Shown one piece after another: positions 61,777 to 64,000 of a stretch of DNA of 64,000 nucleotides (position 1 is its first letter; each line of letters begins with the position of its first letter). Below the pieces are notes generated by a model. The model was given only the letters and a program-made list of their open reading frames with translations. It searched no databases and was not told the origin of the DNA. Source of the stretch: an uncultured Verrucomicrobiae bacterium (GTDB lineage: Bacteria > Verrucomicrobiota > Verrucomicrobiia > Chthoniobacterales > UBA10450). The DNA lies in contig CAVWPA010000001.1 of NCBI GenBank assembly GCA_963756875.1, forward strand, positions 480,001 to 544,000, given 5' to 3'. Made by a program: the position numbers and the translations under genes.

Positions 61777-61830
61777 AGCAGCCCCGAAAGCTTTCGGGGT
61801 TGGTCGGGAGTTCAATTCTCCCCCCTGGCA
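61773..61830 (+). repeat. tRNA 3' remnant, identical to 61464-61521
   Basis: Direct comparison; followed by a truncated third GIY-YIG start (atggcctgggtcgatattcttcgc, 61844). Confidence 0.9.
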
Positions 61831-61984
61831 CTTTTTTCGAACAATGGCCTGGGTCGATATTCTTCGCTTTCGGAGTTCTCCTACCGGGGCTCTTATTGCG
61901 GATCGGCGAGTGTGGATTGCGGATTGCTTTCGGAATTCTCCCCGGTGATTTTTTAATTGGAGCATTCAAAAATAGAACGCGACG

Positions 61985-62012
61985 TTGACAGAGTTCGCAG
62001 CGATCCTATACT
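61985..62012 (+). promoter_or_regulatory. Putative sigma70 promoter for rplI-dnaB
   Basis: TTGACA-16 nt-TATACT. Confidence 0.5.
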
Positions 62013-62065
62013 CGTGACCCTGCGGCCGGCCCCTTAACCAACCGGTTTTTTGCGCGGAAACGATC

Positions 62066-62614
62066 ATGTCTTCGACTGAAATTATTTTAACTGAGAACAT
62101 CCCCGGACTTGGTGCGGAAGCCGATCTGGTAAAGGTGCGCCGTGGCTATGCCCGAAATTATCTGTTGCCGCAGGGCAAAGGTTACGAAGTAACGCCGGCC
62201 AGCCTGCGAGAACTGGACAACCTGAAAAAGAAGCGGGCCGAGCGTGAAGCGCGGGAGCTCAACGACGCCGAAGAATTAAACAGGCGAATCGGGAAATTGC
62301 GGGTGACGTTCACACTGGAAACTGGCGAGACGGGCAAGGCATTCGGTTCGATCACGGCGCAGGATATTGTAACGCGCATTAAGCAGGAGATCGGCCAGGA
62401 CATTGACCGGCACAAAGTTGCGCTGGAGCGGCCGATCAAGGATACCGGCGAGCATGAGGTCGCAATCAAGCTTCATCACGAGGTCACTGCGCAATTTAAG
62501 TTCGATGTGAAATCGGCGGAGGAACCCCGCAACCGGGGAACCGAAGAAGCCGAGGACGAACCGTCTGAAAAGAAGCACCGTTCGTTTTTCCGGAGAAAGA
62601 AAGAAACAAAATAA
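62066..62614 (+). CDS. rplI: 50S ribosomal protein L9
   Basis: VKVRRGYARNYLLPQG, FGSIT. Confidence 0.95.
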   Translation: MSSTEIILTENIPGLGAEADLVKVRRGYARNYLLPQGKGYEVTPASLRELDNLKKKRAEREARELNDAEELNRRIGKLRVTFTLETGETGKAFGSITAQDIVTRIKQEIGQDIDRHKVALERPIKDTGEHEVAIKLHHEVTAQFKFDVKSAEEPRNRGTEEAEDEPSEKKHRSFFRRKKETK

Positions 62615-64000
62615 ATGGCGACTCAACCATCGTCCCCGTGGACGGGTGAGAAGCCTCGTAAAGCAGCTGGAAATGGCGCTGGCCGAGGTTCGGCGCCGCG
62701 AAGCGACGGAAAAGTTCTTCCCAATTCGCCAACAGGTTCTGCGCAGGATATTCACCGCGCGCCGCCGAACAGTGTCGAAGCCGAGCAGGGCGTCCTTGGC
62801 TCGATGCTCATCTCACCGCGGGAGGCGATCGCTGAGTGCGTGGAAAAGATTACCGGCGACTACTTCTATGTTCCCGCGCACCAGACCATCTATGATGTCC
62901 TAGTCGATCTCTGGAATGCAGGGCAAGCGATCGATCTGATTACGTTCACCCAGGTCCTGCGCGACCGGAATTTGCTGGAGGGCGTGGGGGGGCCGGCGTT
63001 TGTCACCAGCCTGTTCACCTTTGTTCCGACAGCCGCGAATGTCGGCTACTACCTCGATATCGTTCGAGATAAATACATTTTGCGCTCCATTATCGCTGCC
63101 GCCACCGAGAGTGTGCGGCGCGCTTACGAAGAGCAGGATGAAGTGAGCAGCCTGCTCGATGAGGTGGAGCAGAAGATCTTTGCCGTGGGAGAAGAGCGCT
63201 TCAAAGGCCAACTCCCGACGATCAAGGAACTCGTCATGGGAACCCTGGAATCGATGGAGAAGCTTTACGAAACCAAGGGCGCGCTCACCGGAATCTCAAC
63301 GGGACTACGCGATTTCGATCGACTGACGAGTGGATTGCACGCGGGAGAAATGATTGTGATCGCCGCCCGGCCCAGCATGGGTAAGACCGCCCTTGCAATG
63401 AACATTGCAGAACACGTTGCGATCAATGAAAAGCTCCCTGTCGCTGTGTTCAGTCTGGAGATGAGCAGCCAGCAGCTTGTACAGCGTCTGCTTTGTTCCC
63501 GGGCGCGCGTAAACCTTTCCAAGACACGGGACGGCTTCCTGAGTCAGCAGGATTTTCCGAAATTGACGCACGCGGCAGCCAAGCTTGCGGAAGCGCAAAT
63601 CTTCATAGACGACTCCGCGGGACTGGACATCCTGCAACTGCGGGCAAAGGCGCGCCGATTAAAGTCCCAGGAAAAGATTCGGTTAATCGTAGTGGACTAC
63701 CTGCAGTTGGTGCGGTCTTTGTCGCGCCGTGCGCAGGACAATCGGCAGCTGGAAATTTCCGAGATTTCGGCTGGCCTGAAGGGTTTGGCGAAGGAATTGA
63801 ACATTCCGATCATCGTAGTTGCGCAGTTGAATCGAAACCCGGAGACCCGCACCGGAAGCGGCAAGGGCGTTCCGCGGCTTGCGGACTTGCGCGAATCCGG
63901 GTCCATCGAGCAGGATGCCGACGTTGTTGGATTGCTGGTGCGCGAGGAATATTATGCCGACACTCCCGAGGAGAAGGAGGATCTGAAAGGCAAAGCCGAG
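62615..64000 (+). CDS. dnaB: Replicative DNA helicase DnaB (3' end outside window)
   Basis: PPNSVEAEQGVLG, AARPSMGKTA, FSLEM, VDYLQL, AQLNR, DLRESGSIEQDAD. Confidence 0.96.
   Translation, partial: MATQPSSPWTGEKPRKAAGNGAGRGSAPRSDGKVLPNSPTGSAQDIHRAPPNSVEAEQGVLGSMLISPREAIAECVEKITGDYFYVPAHQTIYDVLVDLWNAGQAIDLITFTQVLRDRNLLEGVGGPAFVTSLFTFVPTAANVGYYLDIVRDKYILRSIIAAATESVRRAYEEQDEVSSLLDEVEQKIFAVGEERFKGQLPTIKELVMGTLESMEKLYETKGALTGISTGLRDFDRLTSGLHAGEMIVIAARPSMGKTALAMNIAEHVAINEKLPVAVFSLEMSSQQLVQRLLCSRARVNLSKTRDGFLSQQDFPKLTHAAAKLAEAQIFIDDSAGLDILQLRAKARRLKSQEKIRLIVVDYLQLVRSLSRRAQDNRQLEISEISAGLKGLAKELNIPIIVVAQLNRNPETRTGSGKGVPRLADLRESGSIEQDADVVGLLVREEYYADTPEEKEDLKGKAE

Noticed and set aside
61142..61830. CRISPR array or prophage att site at the tRNA repeats
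   Set aside because: The repeats are tRNA-derived, the spacers are paralogous ORFs, and there are no cas, integrase or phage genes.
61464..61830. Remnants as functional tRNAs
   Set aside because: They lack the 5' acceptor strand and half of the D arm, and have no 7-nt anticodon loop.
62615..64000. Intein in dnaB
   Set aside because: The helicase motifs are contiguous in the visible part.

Overview
Bacterial chromosome segment of about 57-60% GC by eye. The gene set and style (dapL, hpnH-shc, fused nuoEF, prepilin-type protein) suggest soil Verrucomicrobia (Chthoniobacterales-like); this is inferred, not determined. The backbone is housekeeping: nuoD-EF-G-H-I-J-K-L', fabD, ispD, eno-ftsB, frameshifted prfB, iscS/cysE, glgB, xseA, ruvB, purH, a sulfotransferase/GT2 cluster, peptidases, hopanoid genes, sod, dapL, a tRNA(CAT), rplI and dnaB'. 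Overlaid on it is a dense layer of small selfish-looking DNA. (1) A 309-bp-period array of tRNA 3' remnants and 80-aa GIY-YIG genes follows the tRNA. In the remnants the anticodon arm is replaced by a perfect 18-bp palindrome that also sits in-frame in xseA. (2) Small GxxExxY, four-helix-bundle and GIY-YIG genes are each enclosed by inverted repeats; the first two have cargo-free copies at other gene junctions. (3) Three TA-flanked 272-278-bp MITEs share a structured core; one is inserted in-frame in a signal peptide. (4) 20-30-bp micro-insertions are nested inside other repeats. (5) Several REP-like palindrome families occur, some translated in-frame. No CRISPR array, rRNA, integrase or transposase was recognised.
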